From Alphaproteobacteria bacterium (GTDB lineage: Bacteria; Pseudomonadota; Alphaproteobacteria; Rhodobacterales; Rhodobacteraceae): a stretch of DNA of 64,000 nucleotides. Position 1 is the stretch's first letter; every line of letters starts with the position of its first letter. The stretch lies in the NCBI GenBank assembly GCA_030429495.1, contig JAUIFH010000012.1, positions 1,896 through 65,895 on the forward strand, given 5' to 3'. The notes under the pieces are model-generated. The model did not search any database. It was not told the DNA's origin and saw nothing but the letters and a program-made list of their open reading frames with translations. Below, in pieces: positions 18,221 through 26,880 of this stretch. Position numbers and translations under genes: made by a program.

Positions 18221-19261
18221 CTAGTCGGGCCAGATGCCCGGCGAGGTCTCGGCGCCGTCGTCGAATTTCGAGAGGTAGTCGACGATCATCGGCCGATTGC
18301 GGATGAAGCCCTTGTAGGTCGCCAGTTCCTCCGGCAGGTCTCGCAGCACCCGGTGCAGGCGGCGGCCCCATTTCGGCACCGTCACAAGGTCTTCGAGACG
18401 GATCAGGTAGCAACGGATCGGGAATGCCAGCGCGTTCGACCTGGGCAGCCGGAAAAGCGTCTGCAACTCCACCCGCAGGTGCTGCTTGCTGCCCACGTTC
18501 TCGGGCGTCAGTTCGGTCTTCTGGACGCCCCATTTGTGGTAGTTTTCCGGGCTCGTGTCGAGCAGCGGGTTGACCGTCATCGTCCAGTTGAGACGCCGGA
18601 CCGGCGCGCCCTGTTGCAGGTTGAGCAGGAATTTCAGCGCCCGCTGGAACACCCCCAGTTCATGCGCGAGCGGAACCGGCGCGTGCCATTCGTAGAAGTT
18701 CATGCCGATATCGAAATCGAGGCTCCAGTCGGCCTGCGTCGTCACCATCCCGGCATCCATCCACAAATTCTCGTCCCGGTGATCGAGCAGCGCGAAATCG
18801 CCCTGTGCCTGGCGCGTGATATATTCCATCGGCCCGCAGGGCAGCGTCGTCTCGTCGAGGAAGGTGAACTTCTGCTCAAGCTCCAGCGGCTTGTTGATCC
18901 AGTGCCAGTGGTCACCGTCGCGGCGAAGCTCGAACAGGTCGGGATATTCGCGCGCCTTGGATTCCATGATCAGTTCCAGCAGGTCCCAGCCCGCCAGCGT
19001 CATGTGCGGCAACGATTGGCAACGCAGCGGGTCCTCGGCAAGAACCCGCGCCCGGTCGCGCATCTCGGATACGTAGTGTTCGTCCACGTCGAAGGTCTTT
19101 TCGTAGACCGACCCCGGCCGCAACGACAGGTGTGGCTCAAGGTTCACCGAATACATATAGCTGTCTTCGTGGAACGGGAATGGAAACCGCCGGATCGCCC
19201 ATTCGGAGTTCCGGAAGGTGTAATCGTCGTGGAAGGTCTCGTCGTTGAACTGGATGGTCAT
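18221..19261 (-). CDS. dmmC: Dimethylamine monooxygenase / heme-dependent oxidative N-demethylase alpha subunit (DUF3445)
   Basis: RRFPFPF, WHAPVP, RRLNWT, LRVELQTLFRLPRSNALAFPIR. Confidence 0.87.
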   Translation of the reverse strand: MTIQFNDETFHDDYTFRNSEWAIRRFPFPFHEDSYMYSVNLEPHLSLRPGSVYEKTFDVDEHYVSEMRDRARVLAEDPLRCQSLPHMTLAGWDLLELIMESKAREYPDLFELRRDGDHWHWINKPLELEQKFTFLDETTLPCGPMEYITRQAQGDFALLDHRDENLWMDAGMVTTQADWSLDFDIGMNFYEWHAPVPLAHELGVFQRALKFLLNLQQGAPVRRLNWTMTVNPLLDTSPENYHKWGVQKTELTPENVGSKQHLRVELQTLFRLPRSNALAFPIRCYLIRLEDLVTVPKWGRRLHRVLRDLPEELATYKGFIRNRPMIVDYLSKFDDGAETSPGIWPD

Positions 19262-19270
19262 GTCAGTCTC

Positions 19271-20236
19271 CTATCGGTCGAGCACGAGGGACCGGCCCTC
19301 GAAGCGCGACACACACGGCATGATCTTTGATCCGCACGCCTTCTGTTCGTCGGTCAGCCAGTGATCGCGATGAACGAAGGTCCCGTCGTGGCTGATCACG
19401 TCGGTTTCGCACTGGCCGCAGGCGCCGCCCCGGCAGAGATAGGGCGCGTCCACGCCGGCGGCCTCAAGCGCCTCGAGAAGGCTCTGATGCTCGCCGACCG
19501 TGATGACCTTGCCCGACTTGGCCAGCGTCACCTTGAACGGTTTGCCCGATTGCGGCGCGAGGAACTCCTCGTAATGGATCGCTTCGGCCGGCCAGCCATG
19601 CCCCTCGGCAGTCTTGCGGACCCATTCGATCATGCCCTTGGGTCCACAGACATAAAGGTGCGTGCCGAGTGGCTGCCCGTCGAGAAGGGTGTCGAGGTCG
19701 ATCACCTGCTTCTGGTCGTCGTAGTAGATATGGACGTTGTCGGGGTGCTGTTCGGTCAGCTCACCCACATAGGAGCCGAGTGCTGCGGTCCGCACCGAGT
19801 AGTGCAGTTCGAAATGCCCGTTCATCGCACTGACCTGCCTGATCTGCGCCAGGAACGGCGTGATGCCGATCCCGCCGGCGATCATCAGGTGCTTTTTCGC
19901 CCGCAGATCGAGCGAGAAGAGATTGACCGGATAGCTCAGGACCATGCGGTCGCCGGCCTTGACGTTCCGGTGCATGAACAGCGACCCGCCCCTGCCCGCC
20001 TCGTCCCGGCGAACCGAGATCGTGAAGGCCGTGCGGTCGCGCGGATCGGACATCAGCGAATAGGGGTTGAGCCGGGTTACGTCGCCGTCCTTCATCTCGA
20101 CGACGGTATGGGCACCCCCCGAGAAGGTCGGCATCTCGCCACCATCGCTCCGCACGAAGCGAAAGCGTTTGACGAGGTCGTTGACCTCGACCACCTCGGC
20201 CACGGTCACGTCGATTTTCCTGGTTCCCGCGCTCAT
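19271..20236 (-). CDS. dmmB: PDR/VanB-type FMN/[2Fe-2S] reductase subunit of DMA monooxygenase
   Basis: AGGIGITPF, YVCGP, CRGGACGQC...C. Confidence 0.88.
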   Translation of the reverse strand: MSAGTRKIDVTVAEVVEVNDLVKRFRFVRSDGGEMPTFSGGAHTVVEMKDGDVTRLNPYSLMSDPRDRTAFTISVRRDEAGRGGSLFMHRNVKAGDRMVLSYPVNLFSLDLRAKKHLMIAGGIGITPFLAQIRQVSAMNGHFELHYSVRTAALGSYVGELTEQHPDNVHIYYDDQKQVIDLDTLLDGQPLGTHLYVCGPKGMIEWVRKTAEGHGWPAEAIHYEEFLAPQSGKPFKVTLAKSGKVITVGEHQSLLEALEAAGVDAPYLCRGGACGQCETDVISHDGTFVHRDHWLTDEQKACGSKIMPCVSRFEGRSLVLDR

Positions 20237-20841
20237 TGATACAGACCCTCCGATTCAGGCACGTCACCGGGATCTTCCGCGTCGACGCAGACGCCCTGAA
20301 ATGCTGCGAGCCGCCGCGAATAGTGGTCGCGCACGAAAAGGTTCAGCCCGCAATGGGCGCAGATGAACGGCGTTGTGGTTACGTTTTCCGTGGTTCCCTT
20401 GCAGTGCACGCATTGCACGCGGCGCGCGGTGGACCCGCGATGTTCGGTTTGAATGGCGCTTGCCGGATAGCCGGCGCTGGTCGCCTCAAGCATCGCCTGC
20501 CCCATCAAACCTTCGGTGCCCGCGAGATATATCTGCAAGCCCATATGCGCGTCCGCCAGTGTCTTGCGAAGACGCGGCACGGCGGCCGAATAGCTCGGGC
20601 CGATGTAAAGTTGGGTCGGACTATGCGCCCCGAGCCTAGGGATATAGCGTTCGCCGGCATCACCGGGGATGTAGATGACATGGGCCTTGGCCATCAGACC
20701 GGGCGCGGAGCCGGCGAGGTCCAGAAGCGCCTCGGCGCCTTCGGCGTCGGCGACCATAAGATGCGCCTTGCCGGGCCTGGCCGCGAGAGTGCCGTAGACC
20801 GGCCTGCTGTGGATTGATTTCGGAAACTGGAATCTGGACAT
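20233..20841 (-). CDS. dmmA: Dimethylamine monooxygenase subunit DmmA
   Basis: SRPVYG N-terminus; C-terminal CVHC..CAHC and VRDHYSRRLAAFQG. Confidence 0.85.
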   Translation of the reverse strand: MSRFQFPKSIHSRPVYGTLAARPGKAHLMVADAEGAEALLDLAGSAPGLMAKAHVIYIPGDAGERYIPRLGAHSPTQLYIGPSYSAAVPRLRKTLADAHMGLQIYLAGTEGLMGQAMLEATSAGYPASAIQTEHRGSTARRVQCVHCKGTTENVTTTPFICAHCGLNLFVRDHYSRRLAAFQGVCVDAEDPGDVPESEGLYQ

Positions 20842-20871
20842 GCCGTGGACATTTCCCTGTCTTGAAAAGCG

Positions 20872-20908
20872 GGCCGGATGCAGGGGACCAAGCGCCCCGC
20901 ATCCGGCC
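20872..20908 (-). other. Intercistronic stem-loop between dmmD and dmmA
   Basis: GGCCGGATGC(A)GGGG...CCCCGCATCCGGCC, 14-bp stem. Confidence 0.55.
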
Positions 20909-20913
20909 TCGCA

Positions 20914-22053
20914 TCAGCCTTTGGCGGTACGCCGCTTCTTTTCCGTGTCGTAGAACGGCATCGAATGGCTGGTCGCGGCAATCTCACCGTGGGTCTCGCA
21001 GCGCACTGTCAGCTTGGTGCCGTCGTTGGCGCAATCCACGGGCAGGCGGGCGATGGCAATGTTGTGCTTGTTCAGCGAGGAATACATCGCCTGCGTCACC
21101 ACGCCAACCTGCTTGTCGCCCTTGTAGACCGGCGCGCCATTGCCGGGCGCGCTCGTCCCGTCGAGCTTCAGGCCCCAGATCTTGAAGCGTTCCTTGCCCT
21201 TGAGCCGGTAGTGCTCTTCCGCGCCCCGGAACCCGGTCTTGCCGGGCGAGACGGTGAAGTCGAGACCGAGTTCCCACAGCGTGTCGCCGGGACCTTCGTT
21301 CTCGAACGGATACATCTCGGAATTGTCGTAGGGGAAGAACAGAAGGTAGCTTTCGGTCCGCAGAAGGTCGAGCGTGGTGAAGCGGCAGGGAATGATCCCC
21401 ATCGACTTGCCTTCGTCGAGGATCCGGTCCCAGATTGTAGGCGCGTCCTGCCCCCGGCAGAAAATCTCGTAACCGCGCTCACCGGTATAGCCGGTGCGCG
21501 AGATCATCACCGGCAGACCGAAGAGAGACGTCTGCATGTGGCTGAAATAGTTGAGGTTGCGGATGCCCTCGACATGCTTTTGCAGGTAGTCGACGGCCAG
21601 CGGCCCTTGCAGCGAGAGGTCGTGCAGGTTGTCATCGAAGCGGATCGACACATCGCGGCCGGTGGCGGCCATCGTCAGCTGCTCATGCGCCTGACCGGAG
21701 CCGTGCACCACCATCCAGCTGTTCGGCCCCATCCGGTAGATGACGCAGTCGTCAATGAACTTGCCGGCATCGTTCAGCATGGCCGCATAAACCGAGCGGC
21801 CCGGCATGATCTTCTCAACATTCCGCGTCGTGGCGCGGTCGATGACATGGCTGGCGGCCGGCCCGGTGATGTGGACCTTCTTCAGCCCCGAAACGTCCAT
21901 CAGCCCGGCCTTGGTCCGGATCGCGAGATATTCCGCCTCCGGGTCGCCCTTGCTATAAGACCAGGCCGTGCCCATCCCGCTCCAGTCTTCAAGATCCGAT
22001 CCCAGCGCGCGATGTCGATCGCCGAGTGCGGAGAACCTCCAAGATGCCGTCAT
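20914..22053 (-). CDS. dmmD: GcvT-like THF-binding aminomethyltransferase subunit of DMA monooxygenase
   Basis: GLMDVSGLKKV, ISRTGYTGERGYEIF; first gene of dmmDABC. Confidence 0.87.
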   Translation of the reverse strand: MTASWRFSALGDRHRALGSDLEDWSGMGTAWSYSKGDPEAEYLAIRTKAGLMDVSGLKKVHITGPAASHVIDRATTRNVEKIMPGRSVYAAMLNDAGKFIDDCVIYRMGPNSWMVVHGSGQAHEQLTMAATGRDVSIRFDDNLHDLSLQGPLAVDYLQKHVEGIRNLNYFSHMQTSLFGLPVMISRTGYTGERGYEIFCRGQDAPTIWDRILDEGKSMGIIPCRFTTLDLLRTESYLLFFPYDNSEMYPFENEGPGDTLWELGLDFTVSPGKTGFRGAEEHYRLKGKERFKIWGLKLDGTSAPGNGAPVYKGDKQVGVVTQAMYSSLNKHNIAIARLPVDCANDGTKLTVRCETHGEIAATSHSMPFYDTEKKRRTAKG

Positions 22054-22496
22054 TGAATACTCCCTTGACTTGCGTTGTTCGTCTTCGGTCAGGCTGTGCA
22101 GATCAGCGCGTCCGATTGCCCCTGACTGTTGTCATCCCATTGTGATCAGGAACGCCGCAACGTCAGCGAAGAATATTGACAGCCGAAGCCTGCGGATATT
22201 CGAGGCAACGTTCCCCTCATCGCGCACTATGATGAGGTCCGCCCCCGCCATGCAAGAAAAAAATATTACTCATGGTATAATTTCATTCAGAGGTCACTTT
22301 CGGCCTCCCGCATCGCTCCAACACCCGCACGAGGTCAGAGGCAGCGACGCGCGCGCTGTCGCAATCGTATCGAGCGACCTCCGCGGCACCCCGCCTGCCG
22401 GCCAAAAACTTTTCTCGCAAGAAAATTTTATTCTTCTTAGTTGCTGCACGCAATCTCTGCTGCTAGCGTGTGAAAAACCAGAAAGGGAATCAGCAC

Positions 22497-23393
22497 ATGT
22501 GCGGCATTGTCGGACTATTCCTGAAAGACAAATCACTTGAACCAAAGCTCGGCGCGATGCTGACGGACATGCTTATCACCATGACCGATCGCGGCCCCGA
22601 CAGCGCAGGGATCGCCATCTATGGTGGCGGCGGCGACGGCCTTGCGAAGATCACGGTGCAATCCACCGATCCGGCGAAGGATTTCGCGACGCTTGACCAG
22701 GATCTGAAGGACGCCATCGGCAAGCCGGTCGCCATGAAGATCAAGAGCACCCACGCCGTCCTCGAAGTGCCCGCCGACCAGACCGATGCCGCGCGCTCCG
22801 CGCTTGCGCATCTGCGTCCCGGCCTGAAGGTGATGAGTGTCGGCGACAGCCTTGAAATCTACAAGGAAGTTGGCCTGCCGAAGGATGTTGCCGCGCGGTT
22901 CGACCTGTCCAAGATGACCGGCACGCACGGCATCGGCCACACCCGCATGGCAACGGAATCAGCGGTGACCACGCTTGGCGCCCACCCGTTCTCGACCGGC
23001 TCGGATCAGTGCCTCGTGCACAACGGCTCGCTCTCCAACCACAACAGCCTCCGCCGCCAGCTCGCGCATGAAGGCATCGCGACCGAAACCCAGAACGATA
23101 CCGAAGTCGGCGCCGCCTACATCACGTGGCGGATGCGCGAAGGCGCGTCGCTTGGTGAAGCCCTTGAATCCAGCATCGACGATCTGGATGGGTTCTTCAC
23201 CTTTGTCGTCGGCACCAAGGACGGCTTCGGCGTCATCCGCGACCCGATTGCCTGCAAGCCGGCCGTCATGGCCGAAACCGATCAGTACGTCGCGTTCGGA
23301 TCGGAGTATCGCGCGCTCGTCAACCTGCCGGGCATCGAAGCCGCCCGCGTCTGGGAGCCTGAACCCGCCACCGTCTATTTCTGGAACCACTGA
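22497..23393 (+). CDS. mgsA: N-methylglutamate synthase subunit A (Ntn glutamine amidotransferase type 2, GlxB)
   Basis: MCGIVG, GHTRMATES, HNGSLSN. Confidence 0.88.
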   Translation: MCGIVGLFLKDKSLEPKLGAMLTDMLITMTDRGPDSAGIAIYGGGGDGLAKITVQSTDPAKDFATLDQDLKDAIGKPVAMKIKSTHAVLEVPADQTDAARSALAHLRPGLKVMSVGDSLEIYKEVGLPKDVAARFDLSKMTGTHGIGHTRMATESAVTTLGAHPFSTGSDQCLVHNGSLSNHNSLRRQLAHEGIATETQNDTEVGAAYITWRMREGASLGEALESSIDDLDGFFTFVVGTKDGFGVIRDPIACKPAVMAETDQYVAFGSEYRALVNLPGIEAARVWEPEPATVYFWNH

Positions 23394-23395
23394 AC

Positions 23396-24115
23396 ATGAA
23401 GAGTAACGTCCTGGAACAAACGGCCACCCAGACATTCGACCTTTCCGCCCGCGGTCTGCGCGAGTTGAATTCCTCGCTCCACGCCCTGTCGGGCGCGACC
23501 AACATGACCGCGTGGGAGGTCGTCAACCCGAAGGGCGCCCATGCGATCGCAGCCGGCGTCGACGCGCCCGTCGACATCAGCGTGATGGGCTCGACCGGCT
23601 ACTACTGCGCCGGCATGAACAAGCAGGCGACGATCCGCGTGAAGGGCTCCGCCGGTCCCGGTGTCGCCGAGAACATGATGTCCGGCACGGTCATCGTCGA
23701 CGGCGACGCCAGCCAGTATGCCGGTGCGACGGGGCGCGGCGGGCTCTTGGTCATCAAGGGCAATGCCTCATCGCGCTGCGGCATCTCGATGAAAGGCGTC
23801 GAGATCGTCGTGCACGGCAATATCGGGCACATGTCGGCCTTTATGGCGCAGTCCGGCAGCCTCGTGGTCTGCGGCGATGCCGGTGACGCCCTGGGCGACT
23901 CGCTCTACGAAGCAAAGCTTTTCGTGCGCGGCTCGGTCAAAAGCCTGGGCGCCGACTGCATCGAAAAGGAGATGCGGCCGGAGCACCTCGAACATCTGGC
24001 CGATCTCCTGCGCCGGGGCGAATGCGACCCGACGATCAAGCCGGAGGAGTTCCGCCGCTACGGCTCGGCCCGGAAGCTCTACAATTTCAACATCGACAAC
24101 GCGTCGGCGTACTGA
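23396..24115 (+). CDS. mgsB: N-methylglutamate synthase subunit B (GXGXG domain, GlxC)
   Basis: Gly-rich GltB-C repeats GVAENMMSG and GDAGDALGDS. Confidence 0.88.
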   Translation: MKSNVLEQTATQTFDLSARGLRELNSSLHALSGATNMTAWEVVNPKGAHAIAAGVDAPVDISVMGSTGYYCAGMNKQATIRVKGSAGPGVAENMMSGTVIVDGDASQYAGATGRGGLLVIKGNASSRCGISMKGVEIVVHGNIGHMSAFMAQSGSLVVCGDAGDALGDSLYEAKLFVRGSVKSLGADCIEKEMRPEHLEHLADLLRRGECDPTIKPEEFRRYGSARKLYNFNIDNASAY

Positions 24116-24124
24116 GGCAGAAGA

Positions 24125-25456
24125 ATGACCAGCGAATTTCCCCATACCCCGCCGCGCAAGAGCTACACCTTCAGCGACGCCGTGAACGCCGATATCCGGC
24201 GGGCTGCGGCAACAGGCATCTACGATATCCGCGGCGGCGGCACTAAGCGCTTCCTGCCGCATTTCGACGACCTCCTGTTCCTCGGCGCGTCGATCAGCCG
24301 CTATCCGCTGGAAGGCTACCGCGAGAAATGCGCGACCGATGTCTGGCTCGGCACGCGTCACGCGAAGAAGCCGATCCATCTCGATATCCCCGTCACCATC
24401 GCGGGCATGAGCTTCGGCGCCCTGTCCGGCCCGGCGAAAGAGGCGCTTGGCCGCGGCGCGTCCGCTGCCGGCACCTCGACCACCACCGGTGACGGCGGCA
24501 TGACCGAGGAGGAGCGCGGCCATTCCAAGACGCTCGTCTACCAGTACCTGCCGAGCCGCTATGGCATGAACCCCGACGACCTCCGCCGCGCCGACGCGAT
24601 CGAGGTCGTGGTCGGTCAGGGCGCGAAGCCCGGTGGCGGCGGCATGCTGCTAGGCCAGAAGATCTCGGACCGCGTTGCGATGATGCGCAACCTGCCCAAG
24701 GGGATCGACCAGCGCTCCGCCTGCCGCCATCCCGACTGGACCGGCCCGGACGACCTAGAGATCAAGATCCTGGAACTGCGCGAGATCACCGACTGGGAAA
24801 AGCCGATCTACGTGAAGATCGGCGGCGCCCGCCCCTACTACGACACCGCGCTCGCGGTGAAAGCGGGTGCAGATGTCGTCGTTCTCGACGGCATGCAGGG
24901 CGGCACGGCGGCGACGCAGGACGTGTTCATCGAACATGTCGGCCAGCCGATCCTGGCTTGCATCCCGCAAGCGGTTAAGGCGCTTCAGGATCTGGGTATG
25001 CACCGCAAGGTTCAACTGATCGTCTCGGGCGGGATCCGGTCTGGCGCAGACGTGGCGAAGGCCATGGCGCTTGGCGCCGATGCCGTCGCCATCGGCACGG
25101 CGGCGCTGATCGCGCTCGGCGACAACGATCCCGCTCTCGAGGCGGAGTATCAGAAGCTGGGCACCACCGCCGGCGCCTATGACGACTGGCACGAGGGCAA
25201 GGACCCCGCCGGCATCACCACCCAGGACCCGGAGCTATACAGCCGCTTCGACCCGGTTCTGGGCGGGCGTCGCCTCACCAACTATCTCAAGGTGATGACG
25301 CTGGAGGCGCAGACCATCGCGCGCGCCTGCGGCAAGAACCACCTGCACAATCTCGAACCCGAGGATCTTTGCGCGCTGACGATCGAAGCCGCGGCGATGG
25401 CCGGCGTCCCGATCGCCGGGACAAGCTGGATACCGGGACGGAACGGCAGCTTCTGA
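24125..25456 (+). CDS. mgsC: N-methylglutamate synthase subunit C (FMN-binding glutamate synthase family, GlxD)
   Basis: GMSFGALS, GQGAKPGGGG, SGGIRSGADVAKA. Confidence 0.9.
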   Translation: MTSEFPHTPPRKSYTFSDAVNADIRRAAATGIYDIRGGGTKRFLPHFDDLLFLGASISRYPLEGYREKCATDVWLGTRHAKKPIHLDIPVTIAGMSFGALSGPAKEALGRGASAAGTSTTTGDGGMTEEERGHSKTLVYQYLPSRYGMNPDDLRRADAIEVVVGQGAKPGGGGMLLGQKISDRVAMMRNLPKGIDQRSACRHPDWTGPDDLEIKILELREITDWEKPIYVKIGGARPYYDTALAVKAGADVVVLDGMQGGTAATQDVFIEHVGQPILACIPQAVKALQDLGMHRKVQLIVSGGIRSGADVAKAMALGADAVAIGTAALIALGDNDPALEAEYQKLGTTAGAYDDWHEGKDPAGITTQDPELYSRFDPVLGGRRLTNYLKVMTLEAQTIARACGKNHLHNLEPEDLCALTIEAAAMAGVPIAGTSWIPGRNGSF

Positions 25457-25497
25457 CCCGTCGTTCCAAGAAAAAATAATCTACAGGGAGTCTTCAT

Positions 25498-26805
25498 ATG
25501 GTCAAAGACCTTGCCAAATGGGCAAAGGAAAAGGGGGTCAGGTATTTCATGATCTCCTACACCGACCTCTTCGGGGGTCAGCGGGCAAAACTCGTGCCCA
25601 CGCAGGCAATCGGTGAAATGGCTGCGGACGGGGCCGGTTTTGCCGGCTTCGCGACCTGGCTGGATCTGACGCCGGCGCATCCCGACCTGATGGCGGTGCC
25701 CGATCCGGACTCCGTCATTCAGCTTCCCTGGAAGAAGGATGTCGCCTGGGTCGCCGCCCGCGCCACGATGGAAGGCAAGCCCGTCGAACAGGCGCCGCGC
25801 AACGTGCTCGAAAAGCTGATCGCGGAAGCAGAGAGCGAAGGCCTGCGGGTCAAGACCGGGGTAGAGCCGGAGTTCTTCATCCTCAACCCCGAGGGCACGG
25901 CCTGCTCCGACATTTACGACACGGCCGAAAAGCCCTGCTACGACCAGCAGGCGGTGATGCGCCGCTATGACGTGATCTCGGAGATCTGCGACTACATGCT
26001 GGAAATGGGGTGGGAACCCTACCAGAACGACCATGAGGACGCGATCGGCCAGTTCGAGATGAACTGGAAATACGACGACGTGCTCGCCACGGCCGACAAG
26101 CACAGCTTCTTCAAGTTCATGACGAAGTCGGTGGCCGAGAAGCACGGCTTCCGCGCGACCTTCATGCCGAAGCCCTTCCAGGGGCTGACCGGCTCGGGCT
26201 GCCACGCGCATATCTCGGTCTGGTCACTCGACGGAAAGAAGAACGCCTTCGCCGACAATTCGAAAGAGCTTGGCCTGTCGGAGCAGGGCGTGCATTTCCT
26301 TGGCGGGATCATGAAGCACGCTTCGGCGCTTGCGGCGATCACCAACCCGACGGTGAACAGCTACAAGCGCATCAACGCGCCGCGCACGAGTTCCGGCGCG
26401 ACATGGGCACCGAACTCGGTCACCTGGACCGGCAACAACCGCACGCACATGGTGCGCGTCCCGGGACCGGGCCGGTTCGAGCTGCGCCTGCCGGACGGGG
26501 CCGCGAACCCCTATCTTCTGCAGGCAGTCATCCTTGCCGCGGGCTTGGACGGCATCCGCAGCAAGGCCGATCCCGGCCGGCGCTACGACATCGACATGTA
26601 TCAGGACGGTCACAAGGTGAAAGGCGCGCCGAAACTGCCGCTGAACCTTCTCGATGCCCTGCGTGAATACGACAAGGACAAGACCCTGAAGGCGATGATG
26701 GGCGAAGAGTTCTCCAACGCCTATACGAAGCTCAAACTGCGCGAATGGAACAGCTTCGTATCCCATTTCTCCCGCTGGGAGCACGAGAACACGCTCGACA
26801 TCTAA
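25498..26805 (+). CDS. gmaS: Gamma-glutamylmethylamide synthetase (type III glutamine synthetase-like, GlnT)
   Basis: GAGFAGFA, GVEPEFF, QNDHEDAIGQFEMN, ATFMPKPF; follows mgsABC. Confidence 0.9.
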   Translation: MVKDLAKWAKEKGVRYFMISYTDLFGGQRAKLVPTQAIGEMAADGAGFAGFATWLDLTPAHPDLMAVPDPDSVIQLPWKKDVAWVAARATMEGKPVEQAPRNVLEKLIAEAESEGLRVKTGVEPEFFILNPEGTACSDIYDTAEKPCYDQQAVMRRYDVISEICDYMLEMGWEPYQNDHEDAIGQFEMNWKYDDVLATADKHSFFKFMTKSVAEKHGFRATFMPKPFQGLTGSGCHAHISVWSLDGKKNAFADNSKELGLSEQGVHFLGGIMKHASALAAITNPTVNSYKRINAPRTSSGATWAPNSVTWTGNNRTHMVRVPGPGRFELRLPDGAANPYLLQAVILAAGLDGIRSKADPGRRYDIDMYQDGHKVKGAPKLPLNLLDALREYDKDKTLKAMMGEEFSNAYTKLKLREWNSFVSHFSRWEHENTLDI

Positions 26806-26835
26806 CGGAATAGACTTCCGACGTTCCCCGACCTG

Positions 26836-26864
26836 CCGCCGCCCTCAGGGCGGCGGATTTTTTT
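26836..26864 (+). terminator. Rho-independent terminator of mgsABC-gmaS
   Basis: CCGCCGCCC-TCA-GGGCGGCGG followed by ATTTTTTT. Confidence 0.85.
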
Positions 26865-26880
26865 GGCTGTCAGCGTCCTC

